Below are positions 1 to 13,791 of a stretch of 64,000 nt of DNA, piece after piece. Where the stretch lies: NCBI RefSeq assembly GCF_006345805.1, contig NC_043012.1, positions 18,414,001 to 18,478,000 of the forward strand. The letters run 5' to 3'. The notes under the pieces were generated by a model. That model was not told the origin of the DNA, ran no database searches, and was given only the letters and a program-made list of their open reading frames with translations. Position 1 is the stretch's first letter. Each line of letters opens with the position of its first letter. The translations under genes and the position numbers were made by a program. The DNA comes from Octopus sinensis. Lineage: Eukaryota.

Positions 1-379
1 GTATTCCTTCTCGTGACTTTCATCCCTAATGTTCCTGCCGTAGAGCTTCACTTCCACAAACTCCTGCGAAAATTAATTCGTCCTTAGTCGAAAGATACCT
101 GTTGTTCATGTCCTGTTTATGTTTATGCAACATCTCTCCGTTTTCCCGTCCTTGTTTTCGTATACATTCGCTTGTTTTTTTGTCACGGAATTTAGTGCTC
201 TTAGATTAGATTGGAGCAGCCCCGAGTGTAACCGGGCGACACTGCTGAAAAAATCAGGAAATCAACTGAAGATAGAAAAGTCCGAATGACCTATCCTTGT
301 TTTTCCCTGTCCTTTGAATTGTCTAACTGTCCGGATGTTTTGTTGTCGCACGTTACGTTCTCGTTCCATTTTTTGTTTT

Positions 380-382
<3 letters not shown>
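1..382 (+). mobile_element. Unclassified repeat-like terminal segment ending in (TA)n, possibly Penelope-like
   Basis: Pyrimidine-rich segment abutting (TA)n at 383-415, tail-to-tail with the hammerhead-bearing fragment at 420-700. Only weak similarity to 2340-2400. Confidence 0.3.
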
Positions 383-417
<35 letters not shown>

Positions 418-419
418 GG

Positions 420-700
420 TAGAGTTCACGAAAAAAAAAACAAAAGACGAAACAGGTGGTGTAGAAAACAAACAGATGTATTAGTAGAACGCTCGGGAAT
501 TGAAAAAGTCTTTTACGTTTCTAGCCTACTCTCTTCTACAGAAAAGGGCACAGAAAAAAGCAAGGAGAGAAACTAGGAGAGACGAAAAAGTGTGTGTAGT
601 GGCTAACGATCTGTCATGGCCACTGCCGGACAGAAGGGTCAGACAGGAGAGCGAAGTAGTAGGGGAGATAACAAAGTAAAATGACTCCCACAACGAAGGT
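420..700 (-). mobile_element. Penelope-like terminal-repeat fragment with degenerate hammerhead
   Basis: Its reverse complement matches 34010-34200 (shared motifs ACAAAAGACGAA, ATGTATTAGTA, ACGTTTC.AGCCTAC.CTCTTC.ACAGAAA). It abuts (TA)n. Confidence 0.6.
510..546 (-). ncRNA. Degenerate minimal type I hammerhead ribozyme motif (A6U core)
   Basis: Minus strand reads cTTTT-CTGTAGA-A-GAGA GTAG GCTA-GAAAC-GTA-AAAG. Helix I pairs; helix II has two mismatches. Confidence 0.5.
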
Positions 701-990
701 GCGTGCATGTATAAGAGAGTACGTGTGTGCGTATGATATTGGGCTAGTTGTCTTGACCTATGCGTCTGTATATCTTAGAAGTTTTGGAGGTGATGTACAG
801 GTATTATATATTACAAGAAATAAGGTACTTAGGAAAATCCGCTGATTCCACTAGAGTGGATGAAAGCGCTATATATATATATGATTTATAAAAATATGTG
901 ACATATTAATAAAGTTCTGTATATAAATATAAATAATATAAATCTGTATATAAATCTAAAACCATCGAGATTTCTGAGTATCATATTTCG

Positions 991-1046
<56 letters not shown>

Positions 1047-1204
1047 AATGTTTGTACCAACTTCAACACTGCTGTTCTTTCGAACAGACTTTACTGTGAT
1101 TTATATATACATATCACCCGTCAAAAACGACGCATGAAGGTTTAGCTTTTCCGAACGTACTGCAGGAATGATTTTTTATAGCGATCAAATGTATGTCTTG
1201 TACA

Positions 1205-1370
1205 TTAGCTCACCTCCTAAATCAAATCGACGTTGCGTGGCCAGGTGTACTGTGTACCACTCGTCAGGAGTCGAAGTGATCGCAGAGAATTCAGTACATA
1301 AACCGGTCTAGGCAGTCAAACGTGACCTCGCGATAGTGAATGCAACACTCTGACCACTAAGTCATGAGTT
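1205..1370 (-). mobile_element. Decayed tRNA-derived SINE head (family 3-like)
   Basis: Minus strand starts CATGACTTAGTGGTCAGAGTGTTGCATTCACTATCGCGAGGT, an A-box-like head similar to the copy ending at 15108. Confidence 0.45.
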
Positions 1371-1373
1371 CTC

Positions 1374-1374
<1 letters not shown>

Positions 1375-1468
<94 letters not shown>

Positions 1469-1477
1469 CGCGCGCGT
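1375..1477. repeat. Compound (TA)n(TG)n(CG)n microsatellite
   Basis: Directly visible, about 100 bp of alternating purine-pyrimidine sequence. Confidence 0.95.
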
Positions 1478-2263
1478 GAATCTATCTTCCTTACTTTCAT
1501 TTTCACTCTCTCACCCATTCTTTTGCAGAATATGTAACGTCATTTCAATGGAAATTATTAACAACATGGTCCCAAATATTTCCTTGTGAATGGAGGGCGA
1601 GTAAAAGCCTAGTGGGTATGAAAAATTAAAACTTGGAATCAGACTGATGAACATCAATGTCCTGAGCAGATTTGAAGAATGTTTTCTTATTCTATGTCGT
1701 ATTGCTATAATAGAAAAGGAATGCTGTCTTTCTGACCACGAGTCTCTTGTGAAATCATCCGACGTGGCATCATTGTCACTCCTTGTTAAACGGATACAAG
1801 CATTTACGAAAATTAAATATGAGAAACGTAACACATTGCTTGATATAGAATGTTAATATTGAAAGGTACGGAAATTATAGAATTGGTAACGTATCAGTTC
1901 TTTGCTAAATCGAATTTGTGCAAAGCGACTTGTTTTAAATTGAGGTACTTCAGATAAATAGGAAATCTTAGAGAAAAACATAAAATACTGCCACAGGGAT
2001 AAGAAGATGTAGTCAACGATACACAGCTGCTGACATAGAAGCACGTGTGTATCTGAAATATACAAAAAATTCATACGTAAATGTATGATTAAGCTAGCAA
2101 GTTACAAATAATAAAGTTAATATCGTAAGTTATAATACACCTGCTGTTACTTTCTGTAATATTGCAGAAGGCATGTGCTACTGAATCGTGTGTAACTACA
2201 TGAGGATTGTTGGCGATCTTTTTCCGCCATTTTCCATTTCTCTTGGACTTTCCTCTGTCTCCT

Positions 2264-2298
2264 GTTTCTGAAGAAAAGCTTTGCTCGAAACGTAAAAC
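2264..2298 (+). ncRNA. Minimal type I hammerhead ribozyme motif in a Penelope-like fragment (about 2200-2400)
   Basis: GTTT-CTGAAGA-A-AAGC TTT GCTC-GAAAC-GTA-AAAC: canonical CUGANGA and GAAA, helix I GTTT/AAAC, helix II with an A.C mismatch at the first pair, GUA cleavage triplet at 2292-2294. Confidence 0.7.
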
Positions 2299-2619
2299 GC
2301 CCTTTCTTTCCTTCCTTGAGCGTCTTTTAATACTTTTCATGTACCACGTCCTCACGTTGCTGCTTTTTCTTGTTTTTTCTTCGCTTTATTAATTTATTTT
2401 ATGTATGTGTGTGTGTGTGTGCATGTGTGTATTGTCAGTAATTCTCGCTAATAATTCCAATTGCATTGACAGGCACACACATGCACACATATATGCATTT
2501 GTGTGTGGGGTTTTTGTTTAAATATATATATTATTAGATGAAGTTTAATGGTAAAATTCTTGATGCATAATGGAGCAAGATGAAAGCTTGTACGTCGGAT
2601 TACATTAAAAAATATTCAT

Positions 2620-3352
2620 AATATTATAAGACACCAGCTACACAGACTCGGTGACCCTTAGGTTGTATATACTGGATCGGATCTTCCAGGCTTAGTGTCA
2701 GGAAAGATTTTGAGCTCTCCGGGGGTCATGCGTCAGCAGAGACCATAAGAAAGAAACATTTAATAGTGTCAAGCATATTCTAACCAACCGACAGCTGCAG
2801 GACATAACCATTGACACTCAGTTGTCTAAGGGTCCTAGGAAAACATTAAAGACAATTCAAACAACTAGATACGGGAAACAGTTGTAAGGCTCAAGAGAGC
2901 TGAGTCTGCCTTCAGGCGTGTTGAGCAGAAGAGTATCAGCAAAAGACTTTCATGATTAGGAGCGGGTTGTTTATGTTCGTAAAACTACGGTTCATCGGGA
3001 CCGTGAATGTAGGTGGTTGTATCTAGTTGTTGTTCGTGTGTGCCACGCTGTGCGAAATGTGTTTTTTTTTGTCACCTGCCACATTCTGTGTATTTACATA
3101 TAGAAATATATGTTCATCTGTCTACCTCATTCACATTCTCATTCTATTACTCAATTCAAACCTTCGCTCACTTCCTTTCTTGTGGACTTTCTGTTTGCGA
3201 TTTTTCCCTCCTTCCTTTTTTTTTGGTGGTGGGGGGGCTTCTTATGTCTCCTGTGTTTTCGAAGAGCTATACTCGAAACGTGAAAAAAAACACTCTTTAT
3301 TTTGTTCTCAGTGTTCATCAATGCATGTACTATTTTTCTCCTTTTAATGTAA
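2620..3352 (+). mobile_element. Repeat-derived segment ending in a dead hammerhead motif (3253-3290) and (TA)n; Penelope-like
   Basis: 3253-3290 reads GTGTTTTC-GAA-GAGC TAT ACTC-GAAAC-GTG-AAAAAAAACAC, with a broken core and a non-cleavable GUG. The flank TGTCTCCTGT is shared with the 2264 copy. No recognisable ORF. Confidence 0.5.
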
Positions 3353-3353
3353 C

Positions 3354-3422
<69 letters not shown>

Positions 3423-4203
3423 GTCTGTGGTGAGTCATTCTCTCTTAGTGCCTTATTAATTTAACACATTCACCGGTCTGATTTCCACTCATTTACTTAT
3501 CTATTTTTACTAAAATTTTCGTTGCGTCTTACAACCTTTTCAATAGTCATTGACTCTCGATTATTGAATATAGTCAACAACTATTGAAAAGTTTGCAAGA
3601 CGCAACGTAAAAAAATATATAAGTAAATGAGTGGAAATCAGACCGGAGAGTGTTAAATTAAAAAAGGCTCTAAAAGAGAATGACTCTCCCCAGACAAAAT
3701 GAAATATGCTTCAACACACGAATTCACATAAAGAATCTTGCAAACCAAATACAAAAGCGAAATATATATCTGTGTGAGTGTGTGTGTGTGTGTGTATGTG
3801 TGTGTGTGTGTGTGTGTGTGTACTGGCGTGCGTGCGCGCCTGTGAATGTGTGTGTACATCAGCCTGAGATATATATATATCGTTTTTACGGTTTGCTAAA
3901 TGTCTCAACAACACTGCCAAAATGATCTTGGCATCCAAAATCATATCAAATTATAACCCACTAAAGAAATTCGTTGCACATTAATTCCCAAGTAACAAAT
4001 GAAATGAATCTTGCATGAAATAAAATGGTAATAACAGCCCAAGAAAATAACAATGTAGATCTTGTGTTCTTTTCAGAATCCTCGTCGTGTAAAACGCATA
4101 AGCGTTTTACACGATGCAGCTGTCGGTTGGTTAGAATATGCTTGACACTATTAAATGTTTCTTTCTCATAGTCTCTGCTGATGCATGACTCCGGAGAGCT
4201 CAA
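2710..4203. repeat. About 90-bp inverted repeat pair (2710-2799 and 4115-4203)
   Basis: The arms are reverse complements with about 5 differences, including an identical 52-bp block AGAAAGAAACATTTAATAGTGTCAAGCATATTCTAACCAACCGACAGCTGCA. Confidence 0.9.
4085..4114. repeat. Perfect 13-bp hairpin
   Basis: TCGTGTAAAACGC-ATAA-GCGTTTTACACGA. Confidence 0.95.
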
Positions 4204-7200
4204 GGTCTTTCATGACACAAGTTTTAATTAGAAACGAACCTCAATCAGATTCAGTTAAAATCCACACTTTATTGTTATATACACACCAGTTTTACATGAA
4301 ATATATACACTGAAATTTTCTCCCTAATGCATATTCTGATTTCTGTTTGGATGTACTATTTACGGTCTGGTAATTGAGAATCACGGTTGATGACTATCTT
4401 CCTTCGTTAAAAACATAGCGAAAACACTTCTGGAAGACAGGGGGAAAAAATCGTTGAAATTATTTGTAGAATTTGTCCAAGTTATATACTATTAAATCGT
4501 ATCATGGATGATTCCAGTTCCACATCGAGACCGATAAACTGAGAAAAATCTATTTATGTATACAGTGTAACTTATCAATTTTATGTGATTTAAATAAGTC
4601 TACCCCAAAATAGCAGTGTCCAGTATTCTTATGTCTCTCAGAATGGGTGTATTTGAATGCATGGTATATGCTAATCAGATTGTTATTTCATTATATTCAT
4701 CAAAGAAATTAAATTCTACATCATAGTACCAACATCATTTTATATCCTCGAAATAAAAATGATTGATAAAAAAGTAATGTAATACAGTATCATTTGTTAT
4801 CTCAACAAAGATCTTGCCAAAATATTTCTGGTAACGATGGATGATACCCACACCAATATACGCCCCAGTCATCTTGAGCTGGCGATCAAACGTAGTTTTG
4901 AATCAGTAAAAACAGAAGATTTGAATAATTTGGATTAAATGTTGATAAATGATTGTAAGTAGATACTGAAGTCCCTGACGCCTTCATAAGACTCTCACAT
5001 ATTAATTGTGATGGATTTTAGACTTGGCAGACAAATTTACATGCGAATAAATGATAAGATAATTAGAAATGTAGTTAAATGTATAATACTGGAAGACTGG
5101 TCCAGAGATCTGATTATACCATCAAGTGATAGATTACTGTTAGCTCCATAGATCTAGTGATGATAATAGGATGTAATATTAGGTAAAACTTGTTTATAGT
5201 AAGGGGTATTTTTAATACAAATGTATGACTGGCCACATGGTTGTTACTCGTAGCAAACAATACGAATAAAGCTGCATCAATTTTCAGGAAAGTCACTGAA
5301 TTAAGACTGGATTATACTTATTGAGAGGTCTATTAAATAATTCATATCAGCCAAACGCGACCAAATTATAATAGAACCGAAGTAAGTTTTCGTAAACTAA
5401 TATTGCTTTTCAACATCGTCGTGTCCTTGGGAAAATACCATGGTCGTTACTTTGTCTAACCGCTCCTATTTACACCCCACCCATAATTAAGATTATTCTC
5501 TCGAGTAGAAATTGTGATACCCATATAATTAGTTTCTAGTCTTCTCAGTCTATCAGTAGAGCAACAATGTCATGCTTCTCTCCAGAGACAGTTTATAGGA
5601 TGCAGATATTTATTCGGAGGTGGCTGATGAGGTTTCGATAATTGACAGGAATATGTGCACGGTGATACAGGGGATAATTCATTTATTTCATATATAGTAA
5701 AAAAAGAACAGCGATATTCGGATACTTCTAATGAAGAAGGGACTTCTTCTTTGCCGGTGTATTTAGAAAGATTTGGAAGAGTTCTGTTTCAGCTCAACAT
5801 TTTGCTCCTCGGCTCGGAGACGATTGGAAAACGTGGTGTAGTCATTTGCTTTTACATTCAGTTTCAAAATGAGTGACTATTGAAAAGTTATACAGTATAA
5901 TATAGTGCAAGTAATACTAAAATGGCGTACATTGCAACACACAAACACAAACACACACACGTGCGTGCGTGCGTATGTCTAAGTATGTGTGTATATATAT
6001 ATACATATTTACACGTACATGTGTGTATGTGTGCGTGTGTTTATGTGCATATAAGCGACTCTACACACATCATTCTGCAAGTGTTAGCTTCTCTATAATT
6101 AATGCCTATTTTCTTTAGAACTTCTCTATCGTTTGAAGTACATTCATTTCAAAAGTTTTATTTCTAAGATATTATTCTTTGAGAAATACAATATTTATTA
6201 TTGGAACATTTTATTTCATGTATACAAGCGGTTTATTTCAAGTATTCCCCTTGCTTCTCTGTGCTGATAGATAACTACTTCAGTCTTTCGTTTCTGCTGT
6301 GCTATGGAGTTTTGATTAAGAGTTCGAAAGAATATATTTGACTGTTTTGGTTAACTATAAGAATGCATGCCTATCAATTTTCATGACTTGCCATTGGTTT
6401 CATTTGCTAACGATATTTTATATGATATTTTTGATAAGAGTAGATCGCATATTCCAATTGGTTTTCTACAGCCTGGATTCTTCCTCGAGTGTGGGTGTAA
6501 TGATAGAATACAAATGACAGATGTCATGATATAGTAAGCTAATTATTACATGTAGGAAAAGCTGTATCAAACGAACTACCCCAGTTTAACACACTAAGAT
6601 ATCAAGTGATGCAATTCTGAATATTAGCGGATACAATAAATTATACTCGACATGATCAGCTGAAGAAGGAATATCTATATTTACGCTCTATGAGTTACTT
6701 ATTACTTACCGAATATATACGACTTAGTCTAGACTCTATTCAGAATTATCAATGTCCTATAATTAATTCTTTTACATATATTTTATTTCCTTTCTGAATA
6801 TTACACTTATACACAACGGGTTATGTAATCATTACATCATGTTCAGTCAAGTATTAATAGACAGACTAGTGAATGTCAAAAGTCCATGCAACACATATAA
6901 TTTAATTCAAATTACCTGGCTTTTGTTCGCCTGAAAGTTGTTACATGTGTATTCAAATAAAAGGTTTCCAAAATCCCTTGAAATTCTCGAGTGCATGACC
7001 GACTTTCAGAGACCACACGAAAATCCAATGTTACTCTCAGAATGATATTATGGTATACTTGGATATTAGAGGATCGACTTTAACCTGGGGATAATCTCTG
7101 CATAATGTCGTAAGACGAATTTCTTGGAAACTATATTATTTAAAATTTTTTAAAAAATGTGTACGGTGTAGGAAACGTCATGAAGAGATCTATTAATGTC

Positions 7201-7442
7201 AGCGCGAAAATAGATATAAAGGCGCAGTTCCAGAATTTAAAAATGAGAATATGACATAGTGTAATCAAACACTAATGATGTTAATTATATAAATTTAATT
7301 TCGAGCTATGACCTATCTTTATTTTCTAACATTGTAAAATACTTACGATAGTAATGGCGATAGGTAACATCTATCTAAACGTGGATGTTCTATTAGAACC
7401 AATTTTATAGCGGTAAATGCCATGTGAGAAATTCTCATGTTG

Positions 7443-7479
<37 letters not shown>

Positions 7480-7481
7480 GT

Positions 7482-7563
<82 letters not shown>

Positions 7564-8305
7564 CACGTGTTTATGCATTTATGTTTCGACCTTTATACTA
7601 TTGCAAGAATTTGAAGAATCAATCTTTCTCCGAAAAGTGAGTAATACCACTACATGCGCCTAGAAGCATACAGAAGTATATTTACACATACACCAGTCAA
7701 ACACACAAACACACAAACACAAACATATATATGCCTAGATATGTTGGTACCTATCAGTTTCACTAGTGTTATAAGCATGTGCATGTGCCATGGGGTGATA
7801 TTCGAATAGTTCTACATTGCCGTTTTAAAATAATATCTGGAAAGGAGAGTCATTTAGTCCAAAAATATTTTATTTGTATTTAATTTCTGTATTTGATTGC
7901 TTGTACTCGTCATGGCATTCATTTGCTTCCAAACAGAAAAGTGGGTCATTTGGTTAAAAAAAAAAACCTTAGCTAAATAATTATGTAAATTTATTTTCAA
8001 CACCGATTGATAATTTCTTTCCAAATTAAGAACAATAATTCCAGGCTTATGACATCGAGTGAAATAAATTATAACAAACTGGATAAAATTGAATTTAGTC
8101 TCATTAAAAGTATTATTTCGAGCCAAATTTTACTGGACTGTGTATAAATATTTTCAAGTACAGATGGACCACAGAAAATGCTGCAGCTCAATTTAGTTAC
8201 CTTATATGTGATAAACATAAAAAATTTAAAACTCGCGAAGACCACGTTTATATTATATATGATTAAGTAACTATACTTTTTACGTCATATCCTTATATTA
8301 TTTTG

Positions 8306-8550
8306 CTCTTTTATTTGTTTCATTCATTTGACTACGGCCAAGCTGGAGTACCGCCTTTAGTGGAACAAATCAACCCCAGGACTTATTCTTTGTAAGGCTA
8401 GTACGTATTCTATCGGTCATATTTGCCGAACCACAAAGTTACGGGAACGTAAACATACCGACATCTATTGTCAAGCGATGGTGGGGGGGGGCAAACACAG
8501 ACACATATACATACACACACACACACATACACACACCACACACACACACA

Positions 8551-8612
<62 letters not shown>

Positions 8613-8789
8613 ATATACAAATATACGTTGGGTTTCTTTCAGTTTCCGTCTACCAAATCCACTCACAAGTCTTTGGTTGGCCGAGGCTATAGTAAAAATG
8701 CACTTAACCAAGATGCCACGCAGTGAGACTGAACCCGGAACAATGGGGTTGGCAAGCAAGCTGCTTATCACACAGCGACTCCTGCACCT
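8306..8789 (-). mobile_element. tRNA-derived SINE, family 1, with internal microsatellite
   Basis: A-box-like head on the minus strand and internal (TG)n/(TA)n. Body matches 24575-25027 and 29778-30196 (e.g. TTTCAGTTTCCGTCTACCAAATCCACTCACAAG). Confidence 0.9.
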
Positions 8790-9613
8790 ATTTAACTATT
8801 TTAATTTTGTAGCTTCATAATCGACCTCTAGAATTTTACCAACTTTCATTCCATTGATCCACAACCATCATTTTAAATACTCTTCAGACTCTCATACATT
8901 AATGCAAGTACTAACCCCAAATAATTTCACTCGCTATGTATTCAAAGAATTATAAAACACTTAATATGAAATTAAGTTCTTAACTTCCCAGAAATTCATA
9001 AAATTTACGAAGGCGGTGTGAAAGTTCGTTGGATCGTTTCATTTGTTGTAAGTTAGTCTTAATTCACATATCAGGGTCCAAAGATCCTCTTTAGCGAAGA
9101 CTAATATATAGCAAACTTTCTGAATACGTCTTTAGTATTTTCTACTCTATTAATCATATAATTGTTACAAGCGCTAAATACCTTCTCTTGTGAAAATATA
9201 AATAATCTAATCATCTAGCTAATTACTACTTGAATGAAACTAATCTGATGCACTGAAAATAATATTACCTATCGGAAGAATGACGTTAGAGAGTAGTGCG
9301 GCGTAGTGTAGTTCTATCGAATATATGTAATATTTCAGGGAAGAAATCTACAGTTAGAAAATATCTGTAAACGAATATTTATCAACTGCTATGTTCAGAG
9401 TCGAATTTTCCCAAATAAATTGATCCATGGAGTCAGAGAAAACAGTCTAATTCCATTGTTGAATGCATATCCTTTGATGCTAAGGATTTTAGTTGAAGAC
9501 AGTAGCATTAGTGCATGTTATTGTGAAAACTAGATCTATATGTAAAGAAAGGGCTTTGATGTTGCTTTACATATAACCTGAAAAGACGATAATCAATTGC
9601 TTGTGAACATGTT

Positions 9614-9663
<50 letters not shown>

Positions 9664-10479
9664 CGTGTGTGTGTGTGTGTGTTTATGCATACATATATAC
9701 GTCTGTATATATGTATATATATGTGCATGTGAATATATACATGCATGTTTGTATGTGCGCGCATGCGTATGAATATGTATATACGCATATACGTATGTAC
9801 GTATAGAGAATAGAGAGAATACTGATAACGTTAAATCATTGATGAAATAGATCACATACGATAATTAGTATTATAGCCGCAAGAAAATAGCATTGTTGTG
9901 AGATAATAGGTGATCCACAGATCTGCATTTAAGGATGTCTTAAAGGCGCTTATCTATTATGCACGAAGATATTGTTAGAATGAAATGCTAGTATAAGCAA
10001 GGATTATATTCGGAATTTGAGGCATGCAAAGAAACATCGCTAATGAATTGTTTGACACAATAGATTCAATTTTAGTAGAGCCACGTGTCTTGTGGAGCTT
10101 AAGAAATATTTCGCGCATGAATGCTACAAAAATAACAGTTGTAAGCTGACATAGAAATCAGTCATAGATAGATAGTCCTGAAGTACATCTATTTTTTTTC
10201 ATAAAAGAGTAAACGTCGCTTGAAGTCTGATATATATTATAATGCACATACGTGCACACACACACACACACACATACACACCTCACACACAAAAACGCAC
10301 ACACACAATCGCGCAAACGTGCATAATTAGATATTTACATACATGCATAACTACCTACATACCCACCACCGCCTACCTATCTAAAAAAATACATACATAT
10401 ATACATACATAAATACATACATAAATCTATACTGGGCATTAGGGTTAAATATGACTCTTTTTATTCCTTTTTACAGGAA

Positions 10480-11040
10480 TACTTGACGTATTGGTCAACA
10501 GTGAACGGTGTTGGAGAGCATAAGGATTAAAGCCTCGCTGAGAAGACGTCAGCTGATGAGTAGGACTGGGACATAATTATTGGTACACAATATGCGGATG
10601 CCGACATCGTCACTTCTGCTCGGAGACATGGCGCGGACAGCTGCAATCGAGACCACGATGTCTTAGTTATCAGGGAGGGACACGACAGATGGTCTAATTG
10701 AGTGCACACTTCGAAATTCATCCAGCAACTACAGTAAGAAGGTCTTAGGCTCATTTCAGATAGCCATGTGAAGCGGCTGGGAACTCTGGTCAAATCCCGT
10801 CTATAAAGTCATGTGTGGCAGCAAGATTCGGTTCCTTACCATGACTCCAGGAAACATCGTTGTGAGAGTATGCCTATGACATACAAGCCACAATTTCTGG
10901 TTTACTAACAACCTTCGAGTGAAATAATGTGGAATAATATGTATGAGACGTGGCTGAGAAAGACACGAACCGCTCTAAATAAAGCACCAATGTCGAACTG
11001 GTGGCCAATTCGAAGGAGGTTTTCGAAGTTGGCATAGAAA
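10480..11040 (+). mobile_element. Highly decayed RTE-like LINE 3' remnant
   Basis: Manual translation VLESIRIKASLRRRQL..TG resembles the RTE C-terminal SIEAxLxxRQLRWxGH motif. Many disruptions. Confidence 0.35.
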
Positions 11041-11428
11041 ATATATATGTTCTGTGTTATAATTAAAGCAGGGATGACTGAACAATATGCGAATTGCATT
11101 TTAGTTGCGTTTGAGGATTAATGCGTATATCGTTATGAGTGTGCGTATGTGTTGATGTTTGTGTATTTATATGTGTATGTCCGCCCTATCTTCTTTTCAT
11201 TGCAAACCATCATTAATTTCGATATATCTATACATATTTCTATGTACCCATCTATCTATCTATCTTGCTAGCTAGCTTCCTAACTAGGTGTCATTGTTCG
11301 CTTTTATGTATGTATGCATTTATGCATTATGTATGTACGTATGTATATATGTATGTATGTAGGTGTGTATATATTAACTGAATGACTTGTTTTCGGATTT
11401 GATACCACTGCAGATGTTCCTGGGCAAC

Positions 11429-11464
<36 letters not shown>

Positions 11465-11493
11465 CGGGAGAGAGAGAAAGATATATATATATA

Positions 11494-11542
<49 letters not shown>

Positions 11543-12387
11543 TAGAGAGAGAGGAGACAGGCAGGCAGAACTGGATCCACTAATTTGCTGACCAAATGCG
11601 TTGATTACTACTGCACATAAATAGCCTGCCTACGATAATCTTAATTCACACATTATCAAGTTATGAAATGACACCATAACCTGCCTTGTAGAATAATGAA
11701 GATATACCTGCGTATGCATACAATTAAAATACTGCTCGAAGAAAGACAGAATATCTACTTGACATATGGGGCTTGGAAGAAATATTATCAGATAAAACTG
11801 TCTGTAAAAGAAAAGAACCTGTGGGAATGTGTCTATGTGAAAGCAATATACCAAGCATAGACATTAAAGAAAGAAACATTCATGTCATTATTGACATGTT
11901 GGCGGGAACCTATGCCATGAAGAATTGAAACAGAGATTTTATTACGACATTTGCTGTTCATTAGAAGAAATACTATTAATAAAACTGTCACTAAAAATTA
12001 CTTTTCTTCTGAGAAAGTAAAGCTATTTATAAACGGTGAATTAATTAATTCTTGAACGGTAGCAACAGATAAAGAAATATATCCGAAAAAATAAAGGTAT
12101 TGAAGAATATAGTTTCTAGAAAAACTGTAATTAGAAGATACGAAAATGTAAGAGACAACTCATGTGCCAATTAAACAATAATATGCGCTATTTCCTATAG
12201 TCCTGTTTGTTTATTCAAGACACAACAGATGCGTCTGACACTTCGGAGTTTCTATTGTTTATTGAAGAGAGTTAACGCTAACTTTCAGTTGACGGAAGAA
12301 CATGCATGAAAGGAATAATGATGAAAACGGTTTAAACAAAAAAAAAAAAAAATGAAAATTTTAAGTAAGTGCTATAAAAATAGTGAA

Positions 12388-12545
12388 ATGTCCAGAGTGC
12401 CTATTGCCGATTGTAGAAATATGTGTCATAGTAAAACTCTACAAAATGTGACATCAAATCAATGACCCAAACTTCGAAAACAGTGATTAACCGCAGCACA
12501 ACACTAAGATTTCTTAGTAGGACGGAGTTTATCCTACCATTTGAA
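12388..12545 (+). pseudogene. Possible decayed THAP zinc-finger coding remnant
   Basis: One frame reads MSRVPIADCRN...*PKLRKQ*LTA...RSLSYH, resembling the THAP pattern MxxCxxxxCxN...DPKLRKQW...RVCSxHF, with stops at the D and W positions (12463, 12484). Confidence 0.35.
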
Positions 12546-13594
12546 CTTGAGTGTAGAGAGTGATATTTTCTTTTAGAAAAATCGTGTTTGGTCGCTAATG
12601 GAAATTAGCATTCGCAACTGACTTAATAACACATCTTAGCATGTTAATTTTAGATCAGAAAGATATTCTCAGTTCGTGTGTCATCACACTGCATGAAACG
12701 TTTTTCGGCATAAATTAATATTCATCGTTATTCTTATAATCCCGGTTAGTGATAAATAACTTCAAACATTTTTCCTAGCGTGTGAAAGCAACCAACAAAC
12801 TAATTCTCCTTTTCCTTTTGAATCTGTTGAAACCATTTTCGGCACTAAAGTTTCGGCACTTAAGTCTCAGCATAGCTTTAGAGATCTTGTTGACAATTTC
12901 AAGGAATTATGAATCGATTAAATCACATTTGGCTTCATTATAACAGAATTTTTAATTACTCATCTGAAACGGGAGTGATCTGCCTTTATATGACATTTTA
13001 ATAGGTGAGTACAAAATGGAAACGTGACTGAATTTATACATGTCCCCTCTCACAAAGAAAACACTTCACAATTTCATTCTCGCAGGTACACGTTTCTATT
13101 TGGAAGAAAATATTTATGTAAGAAACAATTTCTAAATGTGTTGTATATGAAATCAACGTAAGTCAAGTTTATCTGATCGATGTATCAAGTCAATATTCAT
13201 TAACTGGAATTAGAATTTGACAAAAACGTTTTCCAGACAAAAAAAATAAATAGATAAAGTAAAAAATAAAATCATAGATTACAGCGACAAGGTGGAATTT
13301 GATGTCTACTGATGGAAATGTTTATTAGTTAAAATAAATTCAGTTGGTCCACTGCTGATTACTGACATCACTACAACAATCAGAAAGCAAAAATTAGAAA
13401 ATCTTTAAACATTATTGCACTTAAAAAATAGTTTCAATTTGAAAATAATGATTAACAAGGAAATATGACATATCTTTATTAAAATTATCAAAGCAGACCA
13501 CAAACGTGATTTAAAAATAAAGATACACACTATCACAAATACATACATAATGATCCAAGCATGAGTATACATATAGACACCGCCATCTCTCTCT

Positions 13595-13657
<63 letters not shown>

Positions 13658-13749
13658 CAGTTTATACGTACACAGGCAAACACAGACCCACTCAGAAAGA
13701 CACGCACAGACACACTCACGTACACACTCACGCACAAACACACACGCAT

Positions 13750-13791
<42 letters not shown>

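Noticed and set aside
6472-6533. Candidate 62-nt exon (TTTTCTACAG ... GTAAGC)
   Set aside because: Splice-like signals and one open frame, but no partner exons or recognisable protein. Expected by chance in 64 kb.
13085-13116. Candidate micro-exon after TTCATTCTCGCAG
   Set aside because: Weak donor and no supporting context.
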